A stretch of 64,000 nucleotides of DNA from Octopus sinensis (taxonomy: Eukaryota), in assembly GCF_006345805.1 (NCBI RefSeq), contig NC_043011.1, positions 24,068,464 to 24,132,463 on the forward strand, written 5' to 3'. The translations under genes and the position numbers were made by a program. This document shows positions 62,465 to 64,000 of the stretch, in pieces (position 1 is the first letter of the stretch; the number at the start of each line of letters is the position of its first letter). The notes beneath the pieces were generated by a model. It searched no databases. It saw only the letters and a program-made list of their open reading frames with translations, and was not told the origin of the DNA.

Positions 62465-64000
62465 TGCATGATCATCATCGCCATCGTTTAACATCCATTT
62501 TCCATGCTGGCATTGGTTGGACTGTTCGGCTGGGGTCTAGGAAGCCAGGAGGCTACACCAGGCTCCAGTCTGATCTGGCAGTGTTTCTACAGCTGGATGC
62601 CCTTCCTAACGCCAACCACTCTGAGAGTGTAGTGGGTGATTTTTTACGTGCCACTGGCACAGGGACCAGGCATCAACCAAGATTGGATGGTGCATTTTAC
62701 GTGCCACTGGCATGGAAGCCAGTCAAGGAGGCGCTGGCATTGGCCACGTTTGTATGGTGCTTTTTTGATTTTGATGTACTTGACTTAATAGAGCTCCTCA
62801 AGCATGGTACTTTTGAGTGGGCTGGTTATGCGACACTGGTGTAGGTTACAGCTGTGAACTCACTTTATTTGCCAGGTCTTCTCAGTCACAGCATATCTCT
62901 AGAGGTCTCGGTCTTTTGTTATTGCCTCTGTGAGGCCCAAAGTTCAAAGGTCATGCTTCACCACCTCATCCCATGTCTTCCTGGGTCTCCCTCTACCCCG
63001 GATTCTTCCCTGTTTGGGAGTGGTGTTGCTTCACACAGCTCTTCTCATCAATCCGTAGTACAAGACCATACCAACGTAAACATCTCTCTTGCATGCCACA
63101 TCCAATGCCTCTTATGTCCAAGATTTCTCTCAGGGCACTTACACTCTGTCGTGTGTGCACACTGACATTACACATCCAGCAGATCATGCTAGCTTCATTT
63201 CTTTCAAGCCTACGCATGTCTTCAGCAGTCACAGCCCATGTTTCACTGCCATGAAGCATGGCAGTTTGCACACATGCATTGTACAATCTACCTTTCACTC
63301 TGGGCGAGAGGCTCTTTATCACCAGTAAGGGTAGAAGCTTTCTGAACTTTGCCCAGGCAATTCTTATTCTAGTGGTAACACTCTCTGAGCATCCACCCCC
63401 ACAAGAGACTTGGCCACCTGGGTAGCGGAAGCTATCAACTACTTCTAGTTTCTTCCCTTGGCATGTGATGGAATCTGTTTTATGAGCATCTGTGATGTTT
63501 ATTGCTCCTGTGCATCTGCTGCACACAAAAGCTATCTTCCTGGTTAATCTTCCTTTGATGTTGCTGCACCTCTTATGTGTCTATAGCTTACACTAGGTAC
63601 ATCTTATGGAATTCTTTTCTGGATTGGGCTGCTTCTTGGCATCCTTCTGGCCTAGAGTCTAAAGTCACTAATGAACAGTCTATGCTGGGGGTTACATTCC
63701 TTGCCCGAGAGGGTCTTTGTATTTAAGAGTAGTCCTGCATCCCACTGTCTGGTGAGGACGAAATCAATCCGGTTAGCAGAGTCACCTGATTGATAGGTTA
63801 TCAGGTGGCTGTCTGGTTTCCTGAAGTTAGTGTTGCAGGTTAAAAGGTTACATGCATCACAAAACTCCAGTAGCCTAGTTCCCTCATTGTTTTGGGAACC
63901 AATACCATGGCTCCTGTGTACACCAGTGAAGGTATCAGACTGCTGCCCAACATGCCCATTAAAATCATCAGCCACAAAGATGAGGTCATTGCCACTCCTC
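62465..64000 (-). mobile_element. RTE LINE with large internal deletion (AP endonuclease C-terminal half joined to PHD/RT C-terminus); runs off the window end
   Basis: 63652-63975 reads DFNGHVG, NNEGTRLLEFC, IDFVL and QHRL (APE endonuclease). 62993-63526 reads LEVVDSFRYPG and AMLHGSETW. The 3' UTR modules and (CAT)n tail are at ~62470. Confidence 0.93.

Overview
AT-rich, microsatellite-rich eukaryotic DNA with no recognisable multi-exon host gene. The repeat complement (RTE-clade LINEs ending in (GAT)n, tRNA-derived SINEs carrying internal TA/CA microsatellites, TTAA-flanked and hAT-like MITEs) looks like a coleoid cephalopod, probably Octopus; that assignment is inference. Strand asymmetry suggests a long intron of a minus-strand gene. 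Recognisable coding remnants are all transposon-derived: several RTE reverse transcriptase copies, a mariner transposase, a CR1-like LINE, and Gypsy gag-protease and integrase fragments. The standout locus is a young RTE insertion at 18262-22675, sitting in a (TA)n tract. It has a near-perfect 233-bp fold-back at its 5' end and a C4HC3 PHD-type finger inserted inside the RT domain. Directly after the stop codon comes a ~3-kb hierarchical array: about 30 hairpin-bearing 62-67 nt repeat/spacer modules arranged in 7 higher-order units. Also found are two decayed Penelope-type hammerhead ribozyme motifs and a 57-bp template-switch palindrome inside a Gypsy gag. Boundaries of degenerate repeats are approximate because they were read by eye.
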